The notes beneath the pieces were generated by a model. The model searched no databases and had not been told where the DNA came from. It saw nothing but the letters and a program-made list of their open reading frames with translations. This document shows positions 7,168 through 15,283 of a DNA stretch of 64,000 nucleotides, one piece after another (the stretch's first letter is position 1; the number at the start of each line of letters is the position of its first letter). The stretch is taken from IMG/VR virus record IMGVR_UViG_3300017613_000484; one strand, given 5' to 3'. The stretch comes from a virus. A program made the position numbers and the translations under genes.

Positions 7168-7941
7168 TTGCTAATGATTGATTGATCTTGCCTTGATCCT
7201 TGCCCTGCCTTGCCTCTCCCGCCTTTCCATGATATGCCACACCCTGCCTTGCCATGATCCTTGCCTCACACCACCTTGCCAGTCCATTCCCCTCCTCACC
7301 GCACAGGGCCGTTCCCTGCCTCACCATTCCAAGGCCCACCATCCCAGGTTCCTTGCCTTTCCTAGCCATGCCGATCCTGGCCGCACCCGACACAACCGAA
7401 CCTTCCCGCCCATTCCGCACCGCACCGCACCTTTCCTTGATCCAAGCCACACCAAACCTCACCAGACCAGACAAGAACATTCCATGTCTCACCACACCCT
7501 TCCTTGTTCCTTGCCGTTCCACTCCTCACCTCTCCTCCCCTCTCAATTCCTCACCGCACCTTCCCACACTTCACCAAGCCATGATCCCTGCCTTACACCA
7601 CCTTGCCACTCCTTGCTTCTCCTCACCTTCCTTTCCATCCCAGACCTCATCCCACAAAGCCAAGATCCTTGCCATGCCATGCCGCACAAGACCATGCTGT
7701 TCCAGGCAACACAATTCCTTGCCCTGCCTCACCATGCCGTTCCCCTCCTTGTTCCTTGCCGTTCCAATCCTCACCTCCCCTTCCCGTTCCTAACACCACC
7801 AAGAACCATCCCATTCCCAACCGTGCCTCACCATGCCGCACCATTCCAAAAAAGCCCTCACCTTGATCCTTGCCGTGCCTTGCCATGCCGAACCGTGCCG
7901 AACAACACCACTCCGGTGCTTGCCAAACACCACCAAGATCC
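7168..7941. repeat. Non-coding C-rich/G-poor degenerate direct-repeat island
   Basis: 8 co-oriented TCCTTGCC, ~15 CTTGCC and ~13 CTCACC. Hand-aligned internal repeats: 7251-7300 vs 7578-7627 (43/50) and 7501-7535 vs 7746-7780 (33/35). A terminal 24-mer sits at 7191-7214 and 7861-7884. Confidence 0.85.
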
Positions 7942-8418
7942 TCACCCGTTTTCTTTTTTATCCAGCAAAGGCAATGGTGCCTTGCTCCTCAGTCTTGCCG
8001 CTTCAATGAACCGCTTGCCAAGATTCTCAATGAAGTCCAGCTTCCTTGACTGTGTTGGTTCAATCTGATCCCTGTCCACACAGCCAGCAACTTGCAAACT
8101 CCTTGTGGCATAGGCGGAAGCCGTTGAGAATTTCTTGGCAGAGATGTCAACCTTGAGATTGTCATCTGCAACAATGAAAGCCTCTCCGCTGACTGTGCCA
8201 ACAACAATTCCTTTGGACAGCAATTCCTTTCTCCAAACATTTGTGACTGTTCGGAATCTCTTTGATCCATAGGGACTCCCAATCATTTCACCAATTTCAA
8301 CATATGGAATCTTTCTGTCACTGGTGAGTGATTCATCTGGGATCTTCTCCCTGATCTTTGCAATGTCTGGCGCAACTGGAATGAAGCCTCTGAAGATTCT
8401 TGCTTTCCTTTGTTCCAT
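7942..8418 (-). CDS. Hypothetical protein
   Basis: 158 aa with GGGAGGG 7 nt upstream of the ATG. No motif. Confidence 0.65.
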   Translation of the reverse strand: MEQRKARIFRGFIPVAPDIAKIREKIPDESLTSDRKIPYVEIGEMIGSPYGSKRFRTVTNVWRKELLSKGIVVGTVSGEAFIVADDNLKVDISAKKFSTASAYATRSLQVAGCVDRDQIEPTQSRKLDFIENLGKRFIEAARLRSKAPLPLLDKKENG

Positions 8419-8430
8419 GAAATGCCCTCC

Positions 8431-9048
8431 CTATTTTAATTTTTCTACTATGGAATTTCTGTCTTTATAGTTGACCTGATAGCAGGAATCAAAAGCAGGA
8501 ATGAGGTTGTCATCATGGGTGACTATTATGAACTGAATGTCCAACCTCTCTGAGAGTTCCTTCAACATCCTGCCAGCCCTTTCAGACAATGCGCCCAACC
8601 ATCTGAAAGGCTCATCAAGTATCATCACATTTCTGGAACGTGGGTTCTCCAAATACCAGAGAACAATTTTTATTCCAAGGGAAATGATGTCAAGGATTCC
8701 GCCGCCGCAGTCATCGGCAGGATTCAATTCCTCATCATTTTCAAAGACAGCAATTCGGCATTCCGTTCTGTTCCTCTTTTGTTCAAGGATCAGCTTGCAT
8801 TGGAAATCCCTTTCTTCATAAACTGATTGAACTGCTGAAGACACAAGGGATTCAATTCTGTCAGTGAAATTCTTTTGAGCCTGTTCACCAGCCAGGATGA
8901 TGATGTCCCTGGCCTGTTCATGATCCCTCATTTGCTCATCCAAAAAATCAATGTCAGATCCGTGCTGTTTGATTTGTTCCCCATAGATTTTTTGTTTTGC
9001 TTTGACCTCTGCCAAGTCTTCCTTCAGATCATTGATCTTCCGTTCCAT
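8431..9048 (-). CDS. sbcC: SbcC/Rad50-type ATPase, C-terminal half (coiled coil + signature / Walker B / H-loop)
   Basis: CGGGILDIISLG (signature-like), VMILDEPF (Walker B) and IIVTHD (H-loop). ATG 9048 has GAGGA 9 nt upstream; the track start at 9063 is TTG. Confidence 0.75.
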   Translation of the reverse strand: MERKINDLKEDLAEVKAKQKIYGEQIKQHGSDIDFLDEQMRDHEQARDIIILAGEQAQKNFTDRIESLVSSAVQSVYEERDFQCKLILEQKRNRTECRIAVFENDEELNPADDCGGGILDIISLGIKIVLWYLENPRSRNVMILDEPFRWLGALSERAGRMLKELSERLDIQFIIVTHDDNLIPAFDSCYQVNYKDRNSIVEKLK

Positions 9049-9277
9049 AGAGTTCATCCTCAATTGTTTTGATCAATCGTTTCATTGCATCATCATTTTT
9101 CTGCAACTCTTCCTTGATTGCTTTGATTCTTTCTTGTGCCTGCTTCTCATCTTCGATGTTGAGAGAATCCTTCATGTCCTGCAAAAGTTCAAGTTCCCTT
9201 TGGCCCTCAATCTTCAGCAAGGCTTTTGTGTTGGCAATCTCTTCTTTGATTGCTTTCAGTTTGCTCTCAAAACTCAT
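9029..9277 (-). CDS. Coiled-coil protein, probably the descending coiled-coil piece of the split SbcC/Rad50
   Basis: 82 aa, entirely heptad-like and charged (KEEIANTKALLKIEGQRELELLQDMK...). ATGA overlap with sbcD. Confidence 0.6.
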   Translation of the reverse strand: MSFESKLKAIKEEIANTKALLKIEGQRELELLQDMKDSLNIEDEKQAQERIKAIKEELQKNDDAMKRLIKTIEDELYGTEDQ

Positions 9278-10206
9278 TTCATTTTCTCCATTAGCATTGA
9301 TGATAAAATCTCTTTGACATTCTCACCACCATCGAATGCCTCAAGAAAGTTTTGCAAGATTGCCAGGAAGTCAGTTCCCTTTTCCTGAACTTCCTTGATG
9401 GAAGAAATAAATTCATCCATCATGTCAATTGATGATGTGGCCCTTTCCGTTTCTCTGCCTGCCACTCTGATGCAGTTGTCATGATGTTCAAAGGGAAGAG
9501 TTGCCCATTGATGATTTATTTTTTTTCCATTTATATCAATGATCCAATATCCAGGTTCATGCAAAAACAGATCAGAGGTTTTCCTGATCATTGGGCCGGA
9601 GTTGACAATCAACCGTTCCTTCTCCTTCTTGCTGAATGTCCTGTGTTGATCCCCACAAATTATGAGGTTGTATTTTGATTGATCCCTCAGAAAGATGTTG
9701 GCCTTTCTATATTCCTGATTGGGATTCAATTCAATGTCACTGATGTTGGCATGGATCACAAGGATGTTGAAAGCCTTTGGATCTTTTGGTTCTGGAATCT
9801 CCTGGCCGAAACTGCAACCATAATAATTGACAGAAGTTTTTTCACTTGTGGAAACCATTGGAGTTTCATTCAGGATCTTGACAAAGCCTGCCGCTTCTAA
9901 AACTCCCAAGGATGTGTTGGATCTTGTTCCTTCAGAATAAAGATAGGTGTCATGCTGACCGAAGACAGCCAGAACAGGTTGATCAAGATAGTCATCAAGA
10001 AGATTGATGATCTTGGGAAGCAGGAACCATGATCTTGGTTTGTCGAATAGATCACCAGCAACAACAAGTTCCACTTCCTCATCATTGTTCTTTATGAAGT
10101 CCAGCAGGCTTTCAAGTTTTTCAATCTGTGTCTCAACCACATTGTCAGCACGGCAACCAAAGTTTTTATCTGTCAAGTGTATATCAGCCAAAGCAATCAA
10201 TCTCAT
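9274..10206 (-). CDS. sbcD: SbcD/Mre11-type nuclease (calcineurin-like phosphoesterase)
   Basis: Motifs LADIHLTD, AGDLFD, GQHD and VIHANI in canonical order. 4-nt overlaps with both neighbours. Confidence 0.85.
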   Translation of the reverse strand: MRLIALADIHLTDKNFGCRADNVVETQIEKLESLLDFIKNNDEEVELVVAGDLFDKPRSWFLLPKIINLLDDYLDQPVLAVFGQHDTYLYSEGTRSNTSLGVLEAAGFVKILNETPMVSTSEKTSVNYYGCSFGQEIPEPKDPKAFNILVIHANISDIELNPNQEYRKANIFLRDQSKYNLIICGDQHRTFSKKEKERLIVNSGPMIRKTSDLFLHEPGYWIIDINGKKINHQWATLPFEHHDNCIRVAGRETERATSSIDMMDEFISSIKEVQEKGTDFLAILQNFLEAFDGGENVKEILSSMLMEKMK

Positions 10207-11180
10207 TGGAAAGACCTCTTGATCAATTGTTGAATGTTGAGTGGGGTTTCACAGGTTGGACAGATTTCTTGTTGACTGAGCAGTTCTTCCAATTCCTTTT
10301 TCAGCCGTTTCAGATTCTCTGTCTTCTTCCTGTTCCTGGCAACAAGGAAAATATATCCTTCAACCAGTTGTTGATCCTGAAGCAATGACTCTCTCTTCTC
10401 TGCCAACTTTTCATGCCTGACAATCTTCTTTTCAACACTGGAAATCCTGGCAGAAATTTCTTCAGCTTCTTTCAACTTCTCTCTGCATTCTTCCAGGTCA
10501 TCAATGAATCCAAGCAGGCTGGTTTCTTCAGCATCCAGGGCTTTCTTCTTTCTGGAAAGAACATCCAATCTGTTTATGTATTTTTCAACCTTGGGAATGT
10601 CAGGAAGATTGGCAACACTGTCTTCAATCTTGTCTCTTTCAATTTCCTTGAATTTGATTTCCCTTGAGAAGCCGCCAATCTTTTTGCTCAGATCAGAAAC
10701 AAATTCATCAACCTGTTCCAGGTGGGTGACTCTGTTGATTGTCTTTGCAATCTCTCCGCTTGAGGAAGTGACAAGGAAGGGAGGATCAAGTTGACTCTGG
10801 AAATTCAACTCACCCAGATTCAACACCTGAAGGATCTTGTCAGGAACAGTCTGACTTCCCTTCCACTTCTCACCGTTCAATTCATAGAAAGTTTCCTTCA
10901 GTGAAATCTTCCCATCCTTTGCTTCGGTCATTATTTTGGTGAGGATTATTTTCTCACCTGAGTTGAGAATCACTTCAACGGTGCAAGGCTCTTTGACATC
11001 GGCTTGGTTGTTGAAATACCTTGCACCCTGTGGGCGGTTGTTTGCTAATAGATTGAAGGCTCTGAGAATTGCAGTCTTCCCACTTTGAGAGATTCCCACA
11101 ATGCCATTGATGCCTGGGGCAAACTCCAATTCAGTTGATTTGTGTGACTGAAAGTTTTTGATGCTGATTGATTTGATCAT
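10203..11180 (-). CDS. sbcC: SbcC/Rad50-type ATPase, N-terminal half ending at the zinc hook
   Basis: IKNFQSH...GISQSGKTAI (Walker A), a Q-loop-like FQSQ and a long coiled coil. The hook CPTCETPL lies 15 residues from the C-terminus. ATG 11180 has an ATGA overlap upstream. Confidence 0.8.
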   Translation of the reverse strand: MIKSISIKNFQSHKSTELEFAPGINGIVGISQSGKTAILRAFNLLANNRPQGARYFNNQADVKEPCTVEVILNSGEKIILTKIMTEAKDGKISLKETFYELNGEKWKGSQTVPDKILQVLNLGELNFQSQLDPPFLVTSSSGEIAKTINRVTHLEQVDEFVSDLSKKIGGFSREIKFKEIERDKIEDSVANLPDIPKVEKYINRLDVLSRKKKALDAEETSLLGFIDDLEECREKLKEAEEISARISSVEKKIVRHEKLAEKRESLLQDQQLVEGYIFLVARNRKKTENLKRLKKELEELLSQQEICPTCETPLNIQQLIKRSFQ

Positions 11181-11512
11181 GATTTTCGCATCTCCCACCT
11201 GTGATATATTTTTGCAAACAGAAGGATGGCAATGCCAAAAATGAAAATGGTCTTGCTTGTTCGGAATTGATCTTGAATGTCTTTCAACTGTGCATTGCAG
11301 GCTTCCAACTCTTTTTGTATTTGTTCAAGTTCAGGCTCCTCTTGTTCAAGTTCAGGCTCCTCTTGTTCAAGTTCAGGCTCCTCTTGTTCAAGCAACTCTT
11401 CCACAAGTTCAGGCTTCCCTTTGATTTCCAACTCTGGCATTTCTAAAATGAGAGAGGCAGAGGCAGGCACAGCAGTTGGAATGGCAAGAAGGATTATCAA
11501 AAGCAAAACCAT
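11177..11512 (-). CDS. Membrane protein with acidic EEPELEQ repeats
   Basis: 111 aa with N-terminal and C-terminal hydrophobic helices. The central (Q)EEPELE x3 is encoded by a perfect 21-bp tandem repeat. Confidence 0.6.
   Translation of the reverse strand: MVLLLIILLAIPTAVPASASLILEMPELEIKGKPELVEELLEQEEPELEQEEPELEQEEPELEQIQKELEACNAQLKDIQDQFRTSKTIFIFGIAILLFAKIYHRWEMRKS
11321..11392. repeat. Perfect 21-bp tandem repeat, 3.4 copies
   Basis: TTGTTCAAGTTCAGGCTCCTC at 11321, 11342 and 11363, plus a partial copy at 11384. Confidence 0.9.
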
Positions 11513-11513
11513 T

Positions 11514-11870
11514 TCACTTCTCCTTCATAAACTTTTTCAAGATCCAATCGAGAACATTCAGAGAAGCATTCAAGACAATATCAAAATAATAAACTCCATA
11601 ATAATATTTGGCGGCATGTGCAAACACAAAATCATCTGGTGAAATAAACTCAATGGGAACACCTCTGTCATCTATGTTCCAAATTCGATCAACCAAAAAA
11701 TAGTGCCACCATAATAATCCGTTGAGTTCTGGGTTGTTCATGTCAATGGTGAAGGGCTTGGGGATTGGATAGTCTCCCATGTAGACAACGGTTTCAAGGC
11801 CATCAACCATGTTATCCATCCAGACCATTTTTCCTTTCTTCATTTTTACAAGTCTTTTTCTTCTTTCCAT
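11514..11870 (-). CDS. Hypothetical protein
   Basis: 118-aa ORF. The start is ambiguous (M1/M10/M15) because it overlaps the end of the upstream gene. Confidence 0.5.
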   Translation of the reverse strand: MERRKRLVKMKKGKMVWMDNMVDGLETVVYMGDYPIPKPFTIDMNNPELNGLLWWHYFLVDRIWNIDDRGVPIEFISPDDFVFAHAAKYYYGVYYFDIVLNASLNVLDWILKKFMKEK

Positions 11871-12192
11871 GAACTCCTCCTTTTCTCAAAATCAAATATA
11901 TGTTTGCAATGCTCAGATCAAACATGATGGTCAAGGCTTTTGCCGGAGTTCCTGATTTGAACTTGGCAACAATGTTTTCATTCCTGATTCTTTTCAGTTC
12001 CCTTGAGCCTGCGGCTCTGCTCTTTTTTGGGACAGCTTCAGAAACACTGACAGTTTCCCAATATTGATCACAGTGAGGGCAAATGAAAGTGGTTCTCCCT
12101 TGATTCAGATTCTCCATACACTTTGCACAAACCAATTCAATTTTCCGTTTCATCTTCCACAATATCAATCTTGGTGACGATTTGTTTTCCAT
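11812..12192 (-). CDS. Zinc-ribbon plus helix-turn-helix-like DNA-binding protein
   Basis: CAKC...CPHC is followed by TPAKALTIMFDLSIANIYLILRKGG. The start may be M14 (12153). Confidence 0.55.
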   Translation of the reverse strand: MENKSSPRLILWKMKRKIELVCAKCMENLNQGRTTFICPHCDQYWETVSVSEAVPKKSRAAGSRELKRIRNENIVAKFKSGTPAKALTIMFDLSIANIYLILRKGGVHGKKKKTCKNEERKNGLDG

Positions 12193-12352
12193 TGCTCTTG
12201 TTCACAATCAGCTTGACTTCCTTGTCACTCATGAGGATGTTGGCGGCATCATCATCAAGAGGGAAGTCAGAGGCTTCAACTAGGCTTCTTATTATTGTTA
12301 CTATTTCCGTTGGTTCGAAAAAGTTGTATTGAGTAGCAATGATCAGTTTCAT
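12137..12352 (-). CDS. Hypothetical small protein
   Basis: 71 aa from ATG 12352, with AAGGAG upstream. Confidence 0.5.
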   Translation of the reverse strand: MKLIIATQYNFFEPTEIVTIIRSLVEASDFPLDDDAANILMSDKEVKLIVNKSNGKQIVTKIDIVEDETEN

Positions 12353-12491
12353 TCTGTCTCCTTTTGAAATCTTCAACGGCTTTGTCAAATTGCTTGTTTC
12401 TAATTTTAGCACAATGAAAAAACAACAACACCAAAAAACAGAGGATGAACCAAGCAACAAAACCAAGGACAATGCCAATGAAGAGTTTCAT
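12276..12491 (-). CDS. Small membrane protein
   Basis: GAGGAGG RBS and an N-terminal TM helix (FIGIVLGFVAWFILCFLVLLFF). Its 3' end overlaps the next ORF by 77 nt. Confidence 0.45.
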   Translation of the reverse strand: MKLFIGIVLGFVAWFILCFLVLLFFHCAKIRNKQFDKAVEDFKRRQNETDHCYSIQLFRTNGNSNNNKKPS

Positions 12492-12509
12492 TCCTGCCTC
12501 CTCACAAAA

Positions 12510-12836
12510 CTATCTATTGTCACCAGAACCGGAGAGTGCATTTTTTATTTTTCGGTTCTGAAGTTTTTGGATGTTCACAGTGGCAACATCTTGAAGATCA
12601 ATTCCCAAATCAGAGGCAAGGTTTGCAAGATACCAAAGGACATCACCCATCTCCTTCATTATCTCAAAAACCTTTGAAGCGGTCAGTTCACCTTTGTCAT
12701 CTCTGATGAACTTCTTCACCTTCTCTGCCACTTCACCTGACTCACCACAAAGCCCAAGGGCCGGATAAACTATCTTGTATTCACTTGGATAGATGGCGGT
12801 TTGCCTTGCCAACTCTTGATATTTATTTATATTCAT
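12510..12836 (-). CDS. mazG: MazG-like nucleoside triphosphate pyrophosphohydrolase
   Basis: 108 aa with GLCGESGEVAEKVKK and EMGDVLWYLANLA, the EExxE/D metal motifs of all-alpha NTP-PPases. Confidence 0.85.
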   Translation of the reverse strand: MNINKYQELARQTAIYPSEYKIVYPALGLCGESGEVAEKVKKFIRDDKGELTASKVFEIMKEMGDVLWYLANLASDLGIDLQDVATVNIQKLQNRKIKNALSGSGDNR

Positions 12837-12839
12837 TAT

Positions 12840-13406
12840 TCACCCGAACATGAGAACAAGATTGTTTTTGATTTTCCTGGCTGTCTGCCAAACACCAATT
12901 GCATCTGCAAGATGTTCAAAAGTTCCTTCGGCAAACCAGACATTTCCACAATAGATTTCCCGCCTTTGTTTCTTTGCACCCTTCACCATTCTTGTTGGAA
13001 GATTGAAATCAGAAATTGCTTTGTTGATCATGTCATCTTTGGAAGCTGTCCTGTTTCCAAAGAATCCTTTCTTGACATCCCCAGGAGTGAAGAAGTTGAT
13101 TGAGATGTCTTCACAGAAAGTGATCCCTGACAAGGCTCCGATTGACAGACCAAACATCTTGGCGGCTCTTGCGCTTTGACTCCCTGCGGGAAGTTCAGCA
13201 ATGATTCCTTTCACCTTGTATTTGTCAAGAAGGGAAGTGATTGCAGAAACCATTTGAATGGTTCTGTCAAAGTCATCATTGGCAACTGAGATGTTCCGCT
13301 TCTTTGATTTCTCAGTGATGACCACTTCAGCTTCTTGGATGATTCCCTTCTTGACAATTATGATTCCGGTTTTTGCACCGCCCAAGTCCAAACACATCAA
13401 TGGCAT
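12840..13406 (-). CDS. ruvC: RuvC-like Holliday junction resolvase
   Basis: MCLDLGGAKTGI (first Asp), IIAELP (Glu) and HLADAIG near the C-terminus. 188 aa. Confidence 0.75.
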   Translation of the reverse strand: MPLMCLDLGGAKTGIIIVKKGIIQEAEVVITEKSKKRNISVANDDFDRTIQMVSAITSLLDKYKVKGIIAELPAGSQSARAAKMFGLSIGALSGITFCEDISINFFTPGDVKKGFFGNRTASKDDMINKAISDFNLPTRMVKGAKKQRREIYCGNVWFAEGTFEHLADAIGVWQTARKIKNNLVLMFG

Positions 13407-13597
13407 TATGCTTCCCCTTTCTTCATTGCATCTTTATATTTCATCACTTCTCTCAAGGGGAATTTCCAAAACCGGCTTCCCTCATCCTTGAAGGCTCCCA
13501 TCAAACCCTTCCTTCCCAATTCAATCACATCATCTGGCGAACAGTTGAGAATGTGAGCAACATCTTTGCTTCTCAGAATTTGTTTGATCTTAGCCAT
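13406..13597 (-). CDS. Excisionase/MerR-type helix-turn-helix protein
   Basis: 63 aa from ATG 13597 (AAAGGAGA RBS). SKDVAHILNCSPDDVIELGRKGLM...WKFPLREV. Confidence 0.6.
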   Translation of the reverse strand: MAKIKQILRSKDVAHILNCSPDDVIELGRKGLMGAFKDEGSRFWKFPLREVMKYKDAMKKGEA

Positions 13598-13617
13598 TGG
13601 AAATTCTCCTTTCAATT

Positions 13618-13815
13618 TTAGGGGCTGACCATTCGGCTGGCAATAAAGAGATTCAAGACAACCCCCATTGCCAGCAGAAAACCAACAATCAAGTTTCTCC
13701 AAAACTTTTCCATTTTCCTGACCTCTTTGAATATGATGAGGAACAGAAGACCACTGAGCAAAAGTCCAAGTGGTGTGTATAGAAAACCAAACACAGTGGT
13801 CAACCATTCATCCAT
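13618..13815 (-). CDS. Small two-helix membrane protein
   Basis: 65 aa from ATG 13815, with two hydrophobic segments. Confidence 0.5.
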   Translation of the reverse strand: MDEWLTTVFGFLYTPLGLLLSGLLFLIIFKEVRKMEKFWRNLIVGFLLAMGVVLNLFIASRMVSP

Positions 13816-14179
13816 CTTTTTTTTCCGTTGCAGAATAATAGATGGCGGGTTCAGCCAGGACAACAAACTTCCTGACCTCTCCGCCATCTGGGTTGTCTGT
13901 CATGAGAACTTCAACCTGACCATCACTTCCAGTTTGCATCAAGCAATATTCCCCATCCTCTTCATTGTATTTCTTTGCAAACTCTTCAGCGGCTTGTTCA
14001 ATGTCAGTGCCTCTGATTTCTTTCCACTCATCACCATAGGATTCATGTTTGAAATAGAAGACAGGTGGGCATTTGTGTTTGCCTTCCCAATCAAACCTTC
14101 CACAAATGCCACACCTCACAAAGTTTCCCAGAGTGGAAAGTTTCTTCACCGATTTTTCAAACTTGTCCAGATCACCCAA
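13808..14179 (-). CDS. Hypothetical protein
   Basis: AAAAGGAGG lies 9 nt upstream of TTG 14179. The track start at 14209 is also TTG and would swallow that RBS. Contains a CGICG...C cluster. Confidence 0.55.
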   Translation of the reverse strand: MGDLDKFEKSVKKLSTLGNFVRCGICGRFDWEGKHKCPPVFYFKHESYGDEWKEIRGTDIEQAAEEFAKKYNEEDGEYCLMQTGSDGQVEVLMTDNPDGGEVRKFVVLAEPAIYYSATEKKDG

Positions 14180-14195
14180 TGTGTTTGGCCTCCTT

Positions 14196-14276
14196 TTAGA
14201 AAACTTCAAACTGAATTAGAATCGCCAAGACAACCAGAAACAAACCAATTGCCATTAACCATTCACCAAGCCTCAT
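14196..14276 (-). CDS. Tiny hydrophobic peptide (26 aa)
   Basis: MRLGEWLMAIGLFLVVLAILIQFEVF read by hand. ATGA overlap with the upstream stop, and its own stop sits just before the next RBS. Confidence 0.35.
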   Translation of the reverse strand: MRLGEWLMAIGLFLVVLAILIQFEVF

Positions 14277-14602
14277 GCTGGTTCCTCCTCCTCTCCCGTT
14301 GCTTCTTCTTCTGCATCCAACACCAATCCTTCTGCCTCTAATTTTTGAAGGTGTTCGATCCGTTCAGGGAGTTCAGAGATGGGAACATGAAGAACAATTA
14401 TTTTGGTTGGAGAGTGACAGGTGACAACCTTTGACTTTGTTGATATGAGAAGGAAGTCATCCAACAACTCTTCTTCTCCTGGGAGAGGAATCATTTCCCT
14501 GACAATATATTTCACCTTTCTAGTGGGAAGGGAAATGATGTCTCCATTTTTGCAAACAGCCAACGGCAAGTTCACTTCCAACACTTGATCTTTCACTGAC
14601 AT
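14273..14602 (-). CDS. Hypothetical protein
   Basis: 109-aa ORF with an acidic C-terminus. Confidence 0.55.
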   Translation of the reverse strand: MSVKDQVLEVNLPLAVCKNGDIISLPTRKVKYIVREMIPLPGEEELLDDFLLISTKSKVVTCHSPTKIIVLHVPISELPERIEHLQKLEAEGLVLDAEEEATGEEEEPA

Positions 14603-14630
14603 GATTCTCTCCTTCTTCTTCTGTTAGTTG

Positions 14631-15272
14631 TTAGGCTTCTGAAATTCCTCTCATCAATCTTGTCCAATTGAAATTCTCTGCCTTCAATGCCTGCCGGAAG
14701 GTGATTGGATCACCTTTCAATCTCACCAACCTATTGAGAAAGACAAGGGCATTGCTTTCAACTGAAATTTTCTCTTCAACAAAAAGCCTGCCTTTTTCTG
14801 ACAGTCTCCAAAGCCCACTGGAAGTTGGTTTCTTTTTTTCTCCTGCTTCTTCTTCAGTCAACACTCTTGTCTCAACCAAGTCCCAATGCCTCACCATTGT
14901 CCAGTTGTTTACAGTTCCCTTGATGTCATATTCCTCTTTGTTATTCACCCAGGAAGAAACCTCAACAAATCTTTCAAAGCCATTCCGAAGATGTTCAACA
15001 TAAAGCAACCCCAAGATTTTTGTGTGGCCTGATCTGAGGTGGTAATCATAGACCATGATTCTTGTTCCATCTATGGGGCAACGCAGATCCGTTCTTCCTG
15101 CAAAGGCTTTTTGCCACATTATGTCCCTGATTTTTTCAGCGGCATCGGGACTGTTCAAAATCATTTCTTCACAACGATCCCAACCAGCCAGGAAACATTC
15201 TGAGGCGGTGAATTTTTCCTTGTCTCTATTCCTGCGGAACCATTGCCTCAATTCTCTTTGTGATTCTTCCAT
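14631..15272 (-). CDS. Hypothetical protein
   Basis: 213 aa from ATG 15272 (AAGGAGGAG RBS). Confidence 0.6.
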   Translation of the reverse strand: MEESQRELRQWFRRNRDKEKFTASECFLAGWDRCEEMILNSPDAAEKIRDIMWQKAFAGRTDLRCPIDGTRIMVYDYHLRSGHTKILGLLYVEHLRNGFERFVEVSSWVNNKEEYDIKGTVNNWTMVRHWDLVETRVLTEEEAGEKKKPTSSGLWRLSEKGRLFVEEKISVESNALVFLNRLVRLKGDPITFRQALKAENFNWTRLMRGISEA

Positions 15273-15283
15273 CCTTCTCCTCC

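Noticed and set aside
7168-7941. The repeat island as a CRISPR array.
   Set aside because: The repeats are short, degenerate and irregularly spaced. There is no alternation of identical 25-40-bp repeats with unique spacers, and no cas genes are recognisable with confidence.
7154-8068. Long ORFs across the repeat island: + 7178-8068 (296 aa), + 7254-7793, - 7154-7522, - 7571-7774, - 7647-7886.
   Set aside because: They are open only because the C/T-rich composition lacks stop codons. Their composition is bizarre (Pro/Leu/Ser/His on the plus strand, Gly/Arg/Met on the minus strand). There is no RBS, the ORFs overlap one another, and the same repeat words appear in different frames. One of them runs antisense into the real gene 7942-8418.
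8431-9277. Programmed frameshift joining the 82-aa coiled-coil ORF to the C-terminal ATPase half.
   Set aside because: The overlap (9029-9048/9063) contains no slippery heptamer that I could see, and a GAGGA RBS precedes ATG 9048. Separate initiation is simpler, although a sequencing-error frameshift cannot be excluded.
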